A stretch of 62,662 nt of DNA, counting the filler. It is 4 parts of 4 records of this genome, joined end to end, with 100 filler letters (N's around TTAATTAATTAA, not from the genome) between each part and the next. Parts side by side here need not be neighbours in the genome. Positions count along the whole stretch, not along the records: positions 24,471 to 37,958 come from SRR20825019_1647; positions 38,059 to 62,662 come from SRR20825019_1652; 2 more parts are not named here. One strand, written 5' to 3'. The position numbers were made by a program, and so were the translations under genes. The notes under the pieces are model-generated. The model saw nothing but the letters and a program-made list of their open reading frames with translations, searched no databases and was not told the origin of the DNA. The first letter of the stretch is position 1. Every line of letters begins with the position of its first letter. Below, piece after piece: positions 28,104 to 38,745 of this stretch.

Positions 28104-30953
28104 ATGACCACCACCGACCGCAGCCTTTCCGACGCCATCAATCGACTTCCCCGCGCGCTGAAGGACGCGGGCTTTCGCGGCGAGGTGGAGCGTGACAGTG
28201 CCCTGAGAGCGGCCCTGTCCACCGACAACTCGGTCTATCGCATCCTGCCCGACCTCATCGTCGCTCCGCGCGATGCCCGGGATGTGGTCACCTGCATGTT
28301 GATGCTGGAGCGCCCCGAGTTTGCCGCTGTCCCGGTGACCGCGCGCGGCGGTGGCACCGGCACCAATGGGCAGAGCCTGAACCGTGGCATTATCCTCGAC
28401 ATGCGGCGTCATATGCACCGGTTGCTGGAGGTCGATCCCGATGGAGAATGGGCCGATGTGGAACCGGGCATCGTGCTTGACGATCTGAACGCGCAATTGC
28501 GGCCCAAGGGGGTATTCTTTGCGCCCGAGACTTCGACCTCAACCCGCTGCGTTGTCGGCGGTATGGTCTCGACGGATGCCTCCGGCAAAGGCTCGCGGAT
28601 TTACGGCAAGACCTCGGACAATCTTCTGGGTGTCGAAATCGCGCGGGGACAGGGGCGCATCAGCAGCCTTGCCGACGCGCCTGACTGGGCTGCGCCGATG
28701 CTCAAGGCGGCGGAAACCGCGGCGCGGGCAGGGCGTGCCGCCTTTGTCGCGAACACACCGCGGCTCAACCGCCGCTTTACCGGCTATGATCTCGAGCGCG
28801 CCTGCCCCGAGGAAGGCGGTTTTCAGTGGTGGCGGCTTTTTCCCGGGTCCGAAGGCACGCTTGGGCCGATCACCCGCATCCGGGTAAAGCTCCGCCCGCT
28901 GCCAAAGGAAAAGCGCCTTGTGGTCGCGGGCTTTGCCAGCTTCCGCAACGCGCTGGCCGCCGCCATGCCGCTGCTGCAGGACAACCCGACCGCCATCGAA
29001 GTGATGGACGAGCGGGTGCAGGCGCTGTCCGAAGAGGCCGGTCTGCTTGGCCGCCTGCCCGAAACCCTGCGCCCGAAAGGCGGCGAGACGCTGGCCTATG
29101 CTTTCGTCGAATTCAATGGTGACGACGCCGTGGAACTCGCGGCACGCCTTGCCGCCTGCGAGACGCGGTTGCAGGGCTTGCCCGGCATCCGGGCGGTGCA
29201 TGTCGCGGCAGGCAGCGATGAAATCCGGGACCTCTGGGCGGTCCGCTCGGCCGGTGTCGGTTTGCTTGGAAAGACCAAGGGCCGCGCGCGTCCGGTCGCC
29301 TTTGTCGAGGATTGCGTGGTGCCGCCCGAGACATTGCCGGAGTTCCTCGACGGTTTTCTCGACATTCTCACCCGGCACGGGCTCAGTTTTGGCATCTACG
29401 GCCATGTGGATGTCGGCTGTCTGCACATCCGCCCGGCGATCGACATTGATACACAGGAGGGTCGCGCGCAACTGGTGCAGGTTTCTGACGAGATCTTTGA
29501 CCTCGTGAACCGCCACGGCGGCATCTTCTGGGGCGAGCACGGCAAGGGGGTGCGCGGTGCCTATCTCGAGGGCTGGATCGGGCCCGAGGCCTATGCCGCG
29601 CTGCAGGGGGTGAAGGCCGCCTTTGATCCTTCGGGGCGTTTCAATCCAGGCAAGCTGGTCACCGCAGGCGCGCCGGTCATGGGGATCGCCACAACCCCAT
29701 TCCGCCCGTTCAATGCACCCGAGGGCGACCCGTTGGAAAAGGCGTTCGCCTGCAACGGCAATGCGCAATGCCTCAGCTATGCGGCGAGCGTTGCGATGTG
29801 CCCGTCGTTCAAGGCAACAGCGGACCTGCGGCATTCCCCCAAGGGGCGCGCAGACGCGCTGCGGGCGTGGCATCATGACCGGCGCACCGGCGTGACGACG
29901 GTTGACGAGGCGGACCTGGTCGGGACGCTCGACACCTGCCTTGGCTGCAAGGCCTGCGCCTCGACCTGCCCGGTGCAGGTGGACATTCCGGCGATGCGTG
30001 CGGCCTTCTATGCCGATGTCTACGCCCGCAAGGCCCGCCCGCTGATTGACCGCGCGATGCTGCTGGCCGAACGCCTGAGCCCCCTGATGCTGCGGGCGGC
30101 GCCGCTGATGCGCCCCTTGTGGCCGCTTGCGCGCCGCGCATCAGAGGCCGTGCTGGGCGTTGCGGATTTGCCCGATGAAATGGCGCGCCCCCTGCCACGG
30201 TCGGCCCGGATCGCGGTGTCCGAGCTTGGACAGCGCCCGCTGCCGGAGGGTACGGTTCTTGTGTGGATGGATTGGTTTTCTGCACTCTTTGACGGCGCAA
30301 CACAGCGGGATGTCTATCAAGGTCTCAAGGCGCTCGGCTATGCGCCGCTCTTTGTCGAGATGCTGCCCGCCGGCAAAGTGGCTGGCGACCTCGGCGACCC
30401 TGCAGGATTTGCCAGGACGGCGGGGCGGCTCGTGGCGGCTCTCAAGGCCGGGGCGGCCAGCGGTGCGCCGATGATCGGTCTCGACCCGGCCTTTGTCATG
30501 GCGCTGCGACAGGACTATCGCAAGGCGGGGCTGGACGTGCCCGAGGTGCTCTTGCCACAGGAGTTTCTTGCAGCAGAGATCCGGCGCGGGGTCACGCTGC
30601 CGCATATTCCGGGTGGACGACTGAGCCTGTTCACACATTGCACCGAAAGCACCGGCGCGCCGACGGCGCGCAAGGATTGGGAGGATGTGTTTGCGGCGCT
30701 GGGTCTGCAGATCGACACGCCCGCAACCGGATGCTGCGGCATGGCGGGAATGTTCGGCCACAAAAAGCGGCATCAGCAGATGTCCCGCAAGCTGTTCGAT
30801 CTGTCGTGGGCCGAACCGCTTGCACGGGCGCAAGAGGCCGTGGCCACCGGGTTTTCCTGCCGCTGCCAGACAGAGCGGCTCGCTGGTGAACCGATGCGCC
30901 ACCCGCTGGGCCTGATCGCCGACAGGCTGGGGCGAGTGGGGGCCGGGTTTTAA
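28104..30953 (+). CDS. ydiJ: FAD- and Fe-S-binding oxidoreductase, D-2-hydroxyglutarate dehydrogenase YdiJ-like
   Basis: TDNSVY, RGGGTGTNGQSL, TDASGKGS, WGEHGKGVRG, CNGNAQC, CLGCKACASTCP, CCGMAG, GFSCRCQ. Confidence 0.85.
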   Translation: MTTTDRSLSDAINRLPRALKDAGFRGEVERDSALRAALSTDNSVYRILPDLIVAPRDARDVVTCMLMLERPEFAAVPVTARGGGTGTNGQSLNRGIILDMRRHMHRLLEVDPDGEWADVEPGIVLDDLNAQLRPKGVFFAPETSTSTRCVVGGMVSTDASGKGSRIYGKTSDNLLGVEIARGQGRISSLADAPDWAAPMLKAAETAARAGRAAFVANTPRLNRRFTGYDLERACPEEGGFQWWRLFPGSEGTLGPITRIRVKLRPLPKEKRLVVAGFASFRNALAAAMPLLQDNPTAIEVMDERVQALSEEAGLLGRLPETLRPKGGETLAYAFVEFNGDDAVELAARLAACETRLQGLPGIRAVHVAAGSDEIRDLWAVRSAGVGLLGKTKGRARPVAFVEDCVVPPETLPEFLDGFLDILTRHGLSFGIYGHVDVGCLHIRPAIDIDTQEGRAQLVQVSDEIFDLVNRHGGIFWGEHGKGVRGAYLEGWIGPEAYAALQGVKAAFDPSGRFNPGKLVTAGAPVMGIATTPFRPFNAPEGDPLEKAFACNGNAQCLSYAASVAMCPSFKATADLRHSPKGRADALRAWHHDRRTGVTTVDEADLVGTLDTCLGCKACASTCPVQVDIPAMRAAFYADVYARKARPLIDRAMLLAERLSPLMLRAAPLMRPLWPLARRASEAVLGVADLPDEMARPLPRSARIAVSELGQRPLPEGTVLVWMDWFSALFDGATQRDVYQGLKALGYAPLFVEMLPAGKVAGDLGDPAGFARTAGRLVAALKAGAASGAPMIGLDPAFVMALRQDYRKAGLDVPEVLLPQEFLAAEIRRGVTLPHIPGGRLSLFTHCTESTGAPTARKDWEDVFAALGLQIDTPATGCCGMAGMFGHKKRHQQMSRKLFDLSWAEPLARAQEAVATGFSCRCQTERLAGEPMRHPLGLIADRLGRVGAGF

Positions 30954-31994
30954 CGGAAGGCACGACTGTTAGGGCGATGGTCCGCGCTATCGCGCATCCG
31001 CCTTATTCGAATACGAAGGGGCGTATGGAGAAGGGCAACGCTGCCAGACCGCCATAGATCATGAACCTGAAAGTCCCGGAGAACTGAGGTCCTCCCGAAC
31101 CGAGGTAGCCAATTAGAGATCACCAGCGCGCCGAAGCGCGGCACCAGCGCCGGGAGGCGGCGTCTGTCGAGCCGTCATCCGGCAAGCACAGCCACTGATT
31201 GGTACTGATTGGTATAGCTTTGCATGGCAGCGCTGGCCGGTTGCGCAAGAAATTTCACCGCACCGTTACGTGTTGCCATCAGAATGGTAAAGGCGGGCAG
31301 GGCGGACGACAAGTGGATCGAGATTCGCGACTCTGTTTGGGATCTCTCATCAATACACGGGGTCTTCGTGGGCGACGCAGGCGGGCTGACCGCACCGGCC
31401 AGTTGCAGGTGAGTGTGCATGACGGATCGCTCGTCTTGCTGATCTTTGGCCCGCAAACTCGCTCACGATGCAGTCAGTAAACTCCAAGCTTTCCTGACCA
31501 ACTGGCAATACAGCCCAGAGGCCATCAGGAACAATTGTTCCTATGCGCGCAGGTCACTTGAGCAAATTGCACATCGGAATATCCTGCTCACGGAGGTGGC
31601 TGAAGCCCAAATGGAAAGTAGTCTGCATGATACGGTTACTCGGCTCCAGTATCGCCATGATCCCCTTTGCGGCCCGCGTTGGCATCAAATCCAGTATGCC
31701 GCTATTGGCGCACTGCAGCGACTTGCTCAGAGTCATTGGTCACCTGCTCCAAAAAGCAACCTGAGCGGCTGCCGCACAGCGAGTTAAAATTTTCCAAAAT
31801 ACGAGGTTTGGCATTTTCAATGAGCGTTGTTTTGCCCGGTCCCCCATCGATGCGCTATTGTGGGAGGCTCGACACGTCCTAGACTATCAACTCGGAAAAT
31901 GCGGCACCAAAGACCCGATGGGTCTGAGTGTCGGCGACATCAACCGCAATTTGAACCTGTGTACAATGGAGCTGATGTCCAATTCGTTGAAACT

Positions 31995-32192
31995 GTAACG
32001 GAGCGGTTTCGCTCGCTGCTGCGACATCTCCATAGAGCGGGCCAGATTGCAGCGGCACTGACAAGCACGACGGCGGAAAAGGCATCGGCGGGACTGCGGG
32101 ATAGTGTGGTTTTGCAACTTCTTGCAACCCATGGGCTGCGGTCTGGAGAAGTCTTCAATCGGCGCTCAGGAGCCTATCCAAGTTCAACATAG
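31995..32192 (+). pseudogene. Degenerate tyrosine recombinase fragment
   Basis: RFRSLLRHLHRAGQIA followed by AGLRDSVVLQLLATHGLRSGEV (box I Arg motif), then early stop; no HxLRH/Y box. Confidence 0.6.
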
Positions 32193-32309
32193 CAGAACAG
32201 TGACCCGTTCGCCCCGACCAACCTGCGCACCCCCATCTCCCGCCGATGCTACTGTTCAAAATGAATCAGTTTATCGAAATCGTGTTGTTCAAGGGCAATC
32301 TATACATAC

Positions 32310-32533
32310 TTAATGATAACTAAAATATCTTTCGTATATATATTGATATACTTTTTAATGTGCCCCGATTGCCACCATCCAATAAAAGTATCTACTAAAG
32401 TTAAAAAACCTTCAAGTTGGCGCCATTGGATATTGCGCGACCGCTTAGGTTGTGCATTACTAGATTTAGGCAGAAAATCGCCGACACTTAATGATCTGCT
32501 AAATGACAAGCCGATCACTTAAAGCAACCTTAA
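32310..32533. promoter_or_regulatory. CtrA-type boxes upstream of flp pilin
   Basis: TTAA-AGCAACC-TTAA at 32519-32533; one-mismatch TTAA-N7-(CTAA/TCAA/TAAA) at 32488, 32401 and 32310. Confidence 0.6.
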
Positions 32534-32546
32534 AGAGTAAGGATTA

Positions 32547-32747
32547 ATGATCATGACGGCTTTTAAGTTTATCAAAAAGTTCGCACGCGACGAAGATGGC
32601 GCGACCGCAATTGAATACGGTCTGTTCGCTGCTTTGATTGCGGCGGTTATCGTTGCCACGATTGCGACACTTGGTGGCCAGGTTAACACTGGGTTTACAA
32701 CTGTAAGCACTAAATTGGCCGCTGAGGGGATCGTTGTCCCGGAGTAA
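32547..32747 (+). CDS. flp: Flp/Fap type IVb pilin
   Basis: FARDEDG|ATAIEYGL prepilin cleavage site and Flp motif, hydrophobic helix. Confidence 0.95.
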   Translation: MIMTAFKFIKKFARDEDGATAIEYGLFAALIAAVIVATIATLGGQVNTGFTTVSTKLAAEGIVVPE

Positions 32748-32771
32748 ACCTCAACAACTTTGGTGATCTAA

Positions 32772-33692
32772 ATGCGCACGTTTATTGTGATATTGATCTC
32801 CTTGGTGCTTGCATCCGGTGTCGCTTGGGTAGGCGTTCAGGCGAACAATACGCCTGAACCAACACCCCCCAGGGCGGTCGCTGCAACGGTTGTTCCTGTT
32901 GCGTCGAAAGAGGCCTATTTGTTCTCAAATCAAACAATAGAATTGGGGGCGTCTATTTCCGCAGATATTTTAATACCTGTGAAAATGGAAATAGATCAGG
33001 CCGGAAAAGACCTTATTGTGGACACGCCAGAAAACCGCGAGGCTTTGGTGAAGGTTTCCACCAATAGGACCATTCCCGGCGGCACGCCATTCGTCAAAGC
33101 GGATCTTCTCGTTAAAGAAGAAAAACACCCTGAGGTTGTGCCTGAACAGGTCATACCCACGAGCGAGCCCACTGGCCCGTCAGAATCGCTTCGACCGGGC
33201 ATGCGCGCGATTGCTCTGCCATTGACCGGCGAAACGGCCGTTGCCGGGCTGATTGGCGTGCAGGACAAGATTGACGTGATGGTGTCCTACAACAGCTCTG
33301 ACGGGGTCCGCGCCGTCCGCACGGTTTTGCGCAATGTGCGCGTGATCGGAACAGACCAGCCGGCAGGACAATCCAACGCCGCCCTGCCGCGTGCGATCAC
33401 GCTGGAGCTGCACCCCGAGGGCGCAAAAATGCTGACTTTGGCCAGACACACCGGTGATCTCATCCTGGTGCTCAGCGATCAGAGCAACGACGACATGCCG
33501 ATGATCGTCGACGATGCGCCCATGCTGTCCACACAGATTTCCGGCCTTCCGGCGCAACGCGCTGCACCGCCACCCGCGCCGCCCAGCGTCCGTATCATCC
33601 GCGGCAGTTCGGGCCGCAAGGACCAGATCATTTCGATGCAGGAACCCGTCCCGCAAAACCTCCCCCCAGCTGCTGCGGGTACAGATCCGTAG
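32772..33692 (+). CDS. cpaB: Flp pilus assembly protein CpaB/RcpC
   Basis: N-terminal TM, LRPGMRAIAL, VAGLI..D.IDV, TVLRNVRVIG. Confidence 0.88.
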   Translation: MRTFIVILISLVLASGVAWVGVQANNTPEPTPPRAVAATVVPVASKEAYLFSNQTIELGASISADILIPVKMEIDQAGKDLIVDTPENREALVKVSTNRTIPGGTPFVKADLLVKEEKHPEVVPEQVIPTSEPTGPSESLRPGMRAIALPLTGETAVAGLIGVQDKIDVMVSYNSSDGVRAVRTVLRNVRVIGTDQPAGQSNAALPRAITLELHPEGAKMLTLARHTGDLILVLSDQSNDDMPMIVDDAPMLSTQISGLPAQRAAPPPAPPSVRIIRGSSGRKDQIISMQEPVPQNLPPAAAGTDP

Positions 33693-33712
33693 CTAAATTC
33701 ACTAGGACCCCC

Positions 33713-35068
33713 ATGCTGTCACGAGTGCTGCCCACACCCGCCAAGTTTTTAACGATTTTCCTATTGGGGTCCGGTGCCCTTGCTCTGCCCACCGCAATGC
33801 CCGCCCAGACCCTGATCGAAGCCACCGGCCGCCCGGTCAGCCTGTTTGCGGGCGAGGGCAAGCTGCTAAAGCTTGATACACCGTCGCAAACCGTGTTCCT
33901 GGCCGACCCCGAGATCGCAGATGTCGAGATCAAGTCGTCCAACCTGCTGTATATCTACGGCAAGGCCATGGGCGAGACGACCTTGTTCGTCATCGACGAC
34001 AATGACGAGGTGTCGGTCGCCAGTTCGGTCAAGGTCTCGACAAATGTCAAAGCGCTGAACAGTGCCGCCCACGCGTCGGTTCAGGGGGGGTCCTTTTCCG
34101 TTGTCGAGGTCGACGGCGCATTGGTCCTGACCGGTCGTGTCGGCACCATCAGCGATGCGGAACAGGTTCAGAACGTGGTGCAACGGCTGGCTGGCGATGC
34201 CGTGCCGGTCGTCAACGGGCTGTCGCTGAACACGCCGCCCCAGGTCAACCTTCAGGTCAAGATTGCCGAAGTGTCGCGCACCGTGACCGAGGATCTTGGC
34301 ACCGACTGGACATCGCTGTCGGGCAACGGGCTGACAGGCGGCACGTCGGTCGCGGGGGGCTATTCGCTGGCGTCGCAGTTCACCGTGGGCAGCTCGCTTC
34401 AGGGGGTGACGCTCGAGGCGCTGATGAACGAAGGGCTGGTGACCATCCTGTCCGAGCCGAACCTGACCGCGCGCTCCGGTGACAAGGCGTCGTTCCTGGC
34501 CGGCGGGCGCTTTCCCTATCAAACCCAGTCGGGCGACGGCGAGGTGCGCGTGGTCTTCGAACCTTTCGGCGTCGAACTGGACTTCGAGCCGGAAGTGCAG
34601 CGCTCGGACAAGATCAAGCTGGTCGTGAACACCAAGATCCGCGAACTGGACTTCTCCAAGGGCAGCACGACCGACCTTCAGAACCTGCCCCTGATCCTTG
34701 AACGCAGCGCCGCCACGACGATCGAGGTCAGCAGCGGCCAGAGCTTTGCGATTGCGGGCCTGTTCAAGGCCACGTCGCAGCAGAACATCAAGCAGATCCC
34801 CGGTCTGGGCGAAATTCCCCTCTTGGGCGCGCTGTTCCGGTCCACCAGCTTTCAAAAGGGAGAGACCGAGCTTGTCATCATCGTCACCCCCTATCTGGTC
34901 ACCCCCGGCGCGCCGGGCAAGTTCAAGACACCGTTGGACAAATTCGCACCCGCAGACCGGGTAAGCCGCACCATCGGGGGCGAGCTGACCTTTGGTGCGC
35001 CTGACGATGGTCGTGGGTCGGTTTCGGTCAAGGGCATCAACGGCAAAGCGGGGCTTCTCCTTCAATGA
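33713..35068 (+). CDS. cpaC: Tad secretin CpaC/RcpA
   Basis: ADPEIADV, QVNLQVKIAEVSR, LSEPNLTA, FLAGG.FP, IPGLGEIPLLGALFRS, ELVIIVTPYLV. Confidence 0.93.
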   Translation: MLSRVLPTPAKFLTIFLLGSGALALPTAMPAQTLIEATGRPVSLFAGEGKLLKLDTPSQTVFLADPEIADVEIKSSNLLYIYGKAMGETTLFVIDDNDEVSVASSVKVSTNVKALNSAAHASVQGGSFSVVEVDGALVLTGRVGTISDAEQVQNVVQRLAGDAVPVVNGLSLNTPPQVNLQVKIAEVSRTVTEDLGTDWTSLSGNGLTGGTSVAGGYSLASQFTVGSSLQGVTLEALMNEGLVTILSEPNLTARSGDKASFLAGGRFPYQTQSGDGEVRVVFEPFGVELDFEPEVQRSDKIKLVVNTKIRELDFSKGSTTDLQNLPLILERSAATTIEVSSGQSFAIAGLFKATSQQNIKQIPGLGEIPLLGALFRSTSFQKGETELVIIVTPYLVTPGAPGKFKTPLDKFAPADRVSRTIGGELTFGAPDDGRGSVSVKGINGKAGLLLQ

Positions 35069-35610
35069 TCATGCAATTTTCATCCCGCGGCGTCGCAATC
35101 GCCCTCTTGGCCGCAAGCACCGTCCTGTCGGCGTGCAGCACGCCCCAGCCAAGTGTCGGTGTCGTTGACAGATTGTCCGCCCCCTATGTCGAGGCGCAGC
35201 ATCAATACCGCTTTGCCGCCAAATCCGCGTCCCTGTCGGGATCGGAACGCGCCGCCATCAACAGCTTTCTGTCCCGCAATGCCTTGCGCGGGGGGGACGC
35301 GGTGATCGTGACCATTCCCACCAGCGGATCGCCCAAGACCGATGCGGGACGCGTCCAGACGATGCACGCCGTCTTTGCGCGCGTCCCGTCGCGTATCCGC
35401 ATCGGCATGGACCAGAGTTTTTCGACACATCCGACCGTGCGGCAGCAAACCGGCCTGATCCGTGTGGTCCGTGCCAAAGGGGTCCGCGTCGCGTGCCAGC
35501 CGGGTGTCGAGGATCTGGGCTGTGCGAACGCGATCAACCTTGCGGTGATGATCCACGAGCCGGGCGATGTCCTGGCCCCGGCGGAAACCGCCAGACTTGC
35601 GCCGCAATGA
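35065..35610 (+). CDS. cpaD: CpaD pilus assembly lipoprotein
   Basis: Lipobox LSAC, LGCANAINLAVMI..P.D motif. Confidence 0.8.
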   Translation: MIMQFSSRGVAIALLAASTVLSACSTPQPSVGVVDRLSAPYVEAQHQYRFAAKSASLSGSERAAINSFLSRNALRGGDAVIVTIPTSGSPKTDAGRVQTMHAVFARVPSRIRIGMDQSFSTHPTVRQQTGLIRVVRAKGVRVACQPGVEDLGCANAINLAVMIHEPGDVLAPAETARLAPQ

Positions 35611-35631
35611 CGCCCGAGCAAGGAGAGTGAT

Positions 35632-36873
35632 GTGAACCGCCCCCTGACCACAGTTCTCACCCACAACAGCGCCACCAAGGTCGAGGCTTTCATCAGTTCC
35701 ACAGAAGCCAAGGCGGCGCTGGACCTGATCCAGCGCCAGCTCGGGCGCGACTGTTTCGTCAACTGCCATTCCGGCACGCTGGCCACGGCGGCGCGGCTGG
35801 CGGGGATGACGGGCTTTGGCGATATTCTGGTGGCAGAGCTGGGGTCCGAGGATAAGGCGGCCAATCTGGCTGGGATCACCGAGTTGACCGCCGAAGGGGT
35901 CCGGCTGATCCTGTTGGGGCGCCAGAACGACGTTGAGACCTACAGAAGTTACATCGGGGCAGGCGCGCGCGATTATCTGGTGTTGCCGGTCGAGGCGGAC
36001 ACACAGGTGGCCCTCGGGCTGGGACAAACACAGGCGGCGCGCACACCGACGGTGGCCAGTTCGCGGGTGATCGGTGTGTGCGGGGTCTCGGGCGGGGTGG
36101 GGGCCAGTGTTCTGGCCACCAATCTTGCGGTCAGCTATCTGGACCGCGCCGCTGCGGGCACATTGGCGCGCGACACTCACGGCAACGTCGCGTTGATAGA
36201 TGCGGATCTGGGTTTTGGCTCTCTGGCGGTTGATCTCGACATCGACACCACGCCGGGGCTGCTCGAGGCGCTGCTGGCACCCGAGCGCGTAGACCACACG
36301 TTTCTGAACGCAACGATGGCCCTGCCGCTGATGGGGCTGTCGGTCTATTCCGCCGAAGCCAGCGAAGCGGGGCGCATCCCGACCTACGAGGCGGGCTTGC
36401 CTGCCTTGCTGCAAAAGATCAGGGCGGACTATCCCACCGTGATCATCGACCTGCCCCGCACGGTTCTGGCGCAAAATCCGGGGCTGGCGGACGGTCTGGA
36501 CGAACTGGTTCTGGTGTTGGGTCCGGGCTTTGGCTCGATCCGCAGCGGCAGCAGGCTGATGCACCGCGTCGGGGACAGCGCCGACGGTCCGCGTATGTCC
36601 TGCGTGATGTCCCAGACGCGCCGTGACGCGGGCCTGCGCAAATCCGAGATTTCCACCGCACTTGGCAGAGAAATCGACCTGGTGCTGCCGGATTGCGCCG
36701 CCGATCTGGCGCGCGCTTCGGTCAAGGGCAAGCCGCTGCAAAGGCTCTCGGCCCGTGGCAGCTATGCCCGAACGGTCGCAAAGCTGCTGACGCGGCTGGA
36801 AACGCCCGCGTCCCAGCCCACCGAAACCAGGCGCAGCTTCTGGCGCAGGAAAAAGGTGAGCCGGGATGTCTGA
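35632..36873 (+). CDS. cpaE: CpaE/TadZ pilus assembly protein
   Basis: Degenerate receiver region (GARDYLV), deviant P-loop GVSGGVGAS, IDADLGFG. Confidence 0.88.
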   Translation: MNRPLTTVLTHNSATKVEAFISSTEAKAALDLIQRQLGRDCFVNCHSGTLATAARLAGMTGFGDILVAELGSEDKAANLAGITELTAEGVRLILLGRQNDVETYRSYIGAGARDYLVLPVEADTQVALGLGQTQAARTPTVASSRVIGVCGVSGGVGASVLATNLAVSYLDRAAAGTLARDTHGNVALIDADLGFGSLAVDLDIDTTPGLLEALLAPERVDHTFLNATMALPLMGLSVYSAEASEAGRIPTYEAGLPALLQKIRADYPTVIIDLPRTVLAQNPGLADGLDELVLVLGPGFGSIRSGSRLMHRVGDSADGPRMSCVMSQTRRDAGLRKSEISTALGREIDLVLPDCAADLARASVKGKPLQRLSARGSYARTVAKLLTRLETPASQPTETRRSFWRRKKVSRDV

Positions 36874-37958
36874 AAGCGTGGTCCTGCCCCTGATCAGCCC
36901 AAGCCGTCTGCGCACGAGCATCGAAGAGCGGCTGTCCCAGCTTGCGCTGGGTGGCGGACCCGTGGGGCTTCACGAGATCAGCAGCGCAATTGACTGGTAC
37001 GAAACCCAGACCGGCCAAACCGTACCGCGCGAGATGCAGCGCGAACTCTTGCAGCATTTCGCACCCTCGGCACAGGCCGGGGGGCTGACGCCACCACTCA
37101 CGAACGAACGCATTGCCAAGACCAGCTATATGCCGGGATTTGCCAAGCGTCTGAACGCGCTCAGCCGCCTGATCCTGCCCGAAGCCCTGACGTTGCTGGA
37201 CCTTCAGGCCCTGTCCGCACTGCCCCAGGAGGCGCAGCGCGACACCATCCGCGACGCCGTTCTCAGCATCTGCGCCCGGCAAAAGCTGGAACTGAACGGC
37301 GCGGAAAGTGCCGATCTGGTGGGCTATGTGGTCGACGACATGATGGGGTTCGGCCCGCTGGAGCGTCTGCTGGCGGATGATGATGTTTCGGACATCCTCG
37401 TGAACGGGCCGCAAAAGGTCTATGTCGAACGCGGCGGCAAGCTTGAGCTGACGGACGTGTCGTTCCGCGACGACCAGCACGTGATGAACATCGCCAGCCG
37501 GATCGTGTCCGCCGCCGGGCGCCGCGTCGACGAAAGCACGCCGCTGGTCGATACGCGCCTGGCGGATGGCAGCCGGATCAACGTGACCATTCCGCCGCTC
37601 GCCGTCGACGGGCCGACCATCACGATCCGCAAGTTCCCCAAAGAGGACCTGACGCTCGCCGATCTGGCCAGCCGCAACACCCTGTCGCCGCAGATGGCCG
37701 AACTGCTGAGGATCGCCGCCTACCTGCGGCTGAACATCCTGTTCTCGGGTGGCACAGGCGCCGGCAAGACGACGATGCTGAACGCCGTGTCGCGCGAAAT
37801 TCCCGCGAACGAGCGGATTGTGACCATCGAGGATGCCGCCGAACTGCGCTTGCAGCAGCCTCACGTGGTGCGGCTGGAGACGCGCCCGCCCACGCTGGAA
37901 GGCACGGGCGAGATCACCATGCGGCACCTGTTCCGCAACGCCCTGCGGATGCGGCCCG
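36866..37958 (+). CDS. cpaF: CpaF/TadA pilus ATPase, partial
   Basis: [48 protein letters not shown]; truncated at contig end. Confidence 0.93.
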
Positions 37959-38058
37959 NNNNNNNNNNNNNNNNNNNNNNNNNNNNNNNNNNNNNNNNNN
38001 NNTTAATTAATTAANNNNNNNNNNNNNNNNNNNNNNNNNNNNNNNNNNNNNNNNNNNN
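37959..38058. other. Artificial contig spacer
   Basis: 44 N + TTAATTAATTAA + 44 N. Confidence 0.98.
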
Positions 38059-38725
38059 GCAGATGGGCGGCTCCGACCAGTGGGGCAACATCATAAACGG
38101 GATCGAGCTTGCGCGCCGCGCGTCCAGCCAGCATCTTTTTGGCCTCACCACGCCGTTGATCACCACGGCTGACGGTAAAAAAATGGGCAAGACTGCATCA
38201 GGCGCCGTATGGCTCAATGAAGACCACCTGCCCTCCTATGACTATTGGCAATTCTGGCGCAATACACAGGATGCAGACGTAGGTAAATTTCTGCGCCTGT
38301 TCACTGAAATGCCGCTCGATGAAGTACGGCGCCTCGAAGCGCTTGAAGGTGCAGAAATCAACGACGCCAAGGTTATCCTTGCTAATGCTGCGACTGAGTT
38401 GGTGCGCGGTGAAGCAGCGGCCAACGCTGCCGAAGCGACCGCCAAGGAAACATTTGAAAAAGGTGGTGCTGGTGCCGACCTGCCAACTGTAAGCCTGCCT
38501 GTCGGGGCTCTTACAGAAGGTATCAATGTCGTTGACCTCTTTATTGAGGCCGGCCTCGGCGGCTCAAAAGGCGAAGTACGCCGGTTGATCAAACAGGGTG
38601 GTGCAAAGCTTAATGATGTGAAAGTGGATGATGAAACCGCCATGGTCACCAAAAGCGCGCTGCAGGACGGACAGATCAAGCTTTCAGCAGGGAAGAAGCG
38701 CCACGCACTCGTAAAGACCGAATAA
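38059..38725 (+). CDS. tyrS: Tyrosine--tRNA ligase (3' part)
   Basis: [17 protein letters not shown]-terminal S4 domain ending GKKRH. Confidence 0.96.
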
Positions 38726-38745
38726 GGCGTTTCACTCAGGTTAAA

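Noticed and set aside
31175-31882. Several short overlapping ORFs in the scar region
   Set aside because: No recognisable motif or RBS; cannot be supported as genes
35080-36921. 613-aa minus-strand ORF, and similar ones at 33866-35065, 36722-37927, 28539-29876 and 592-1680
   Set aside because: Antisense to well-supported genes; expected from GC3 bias
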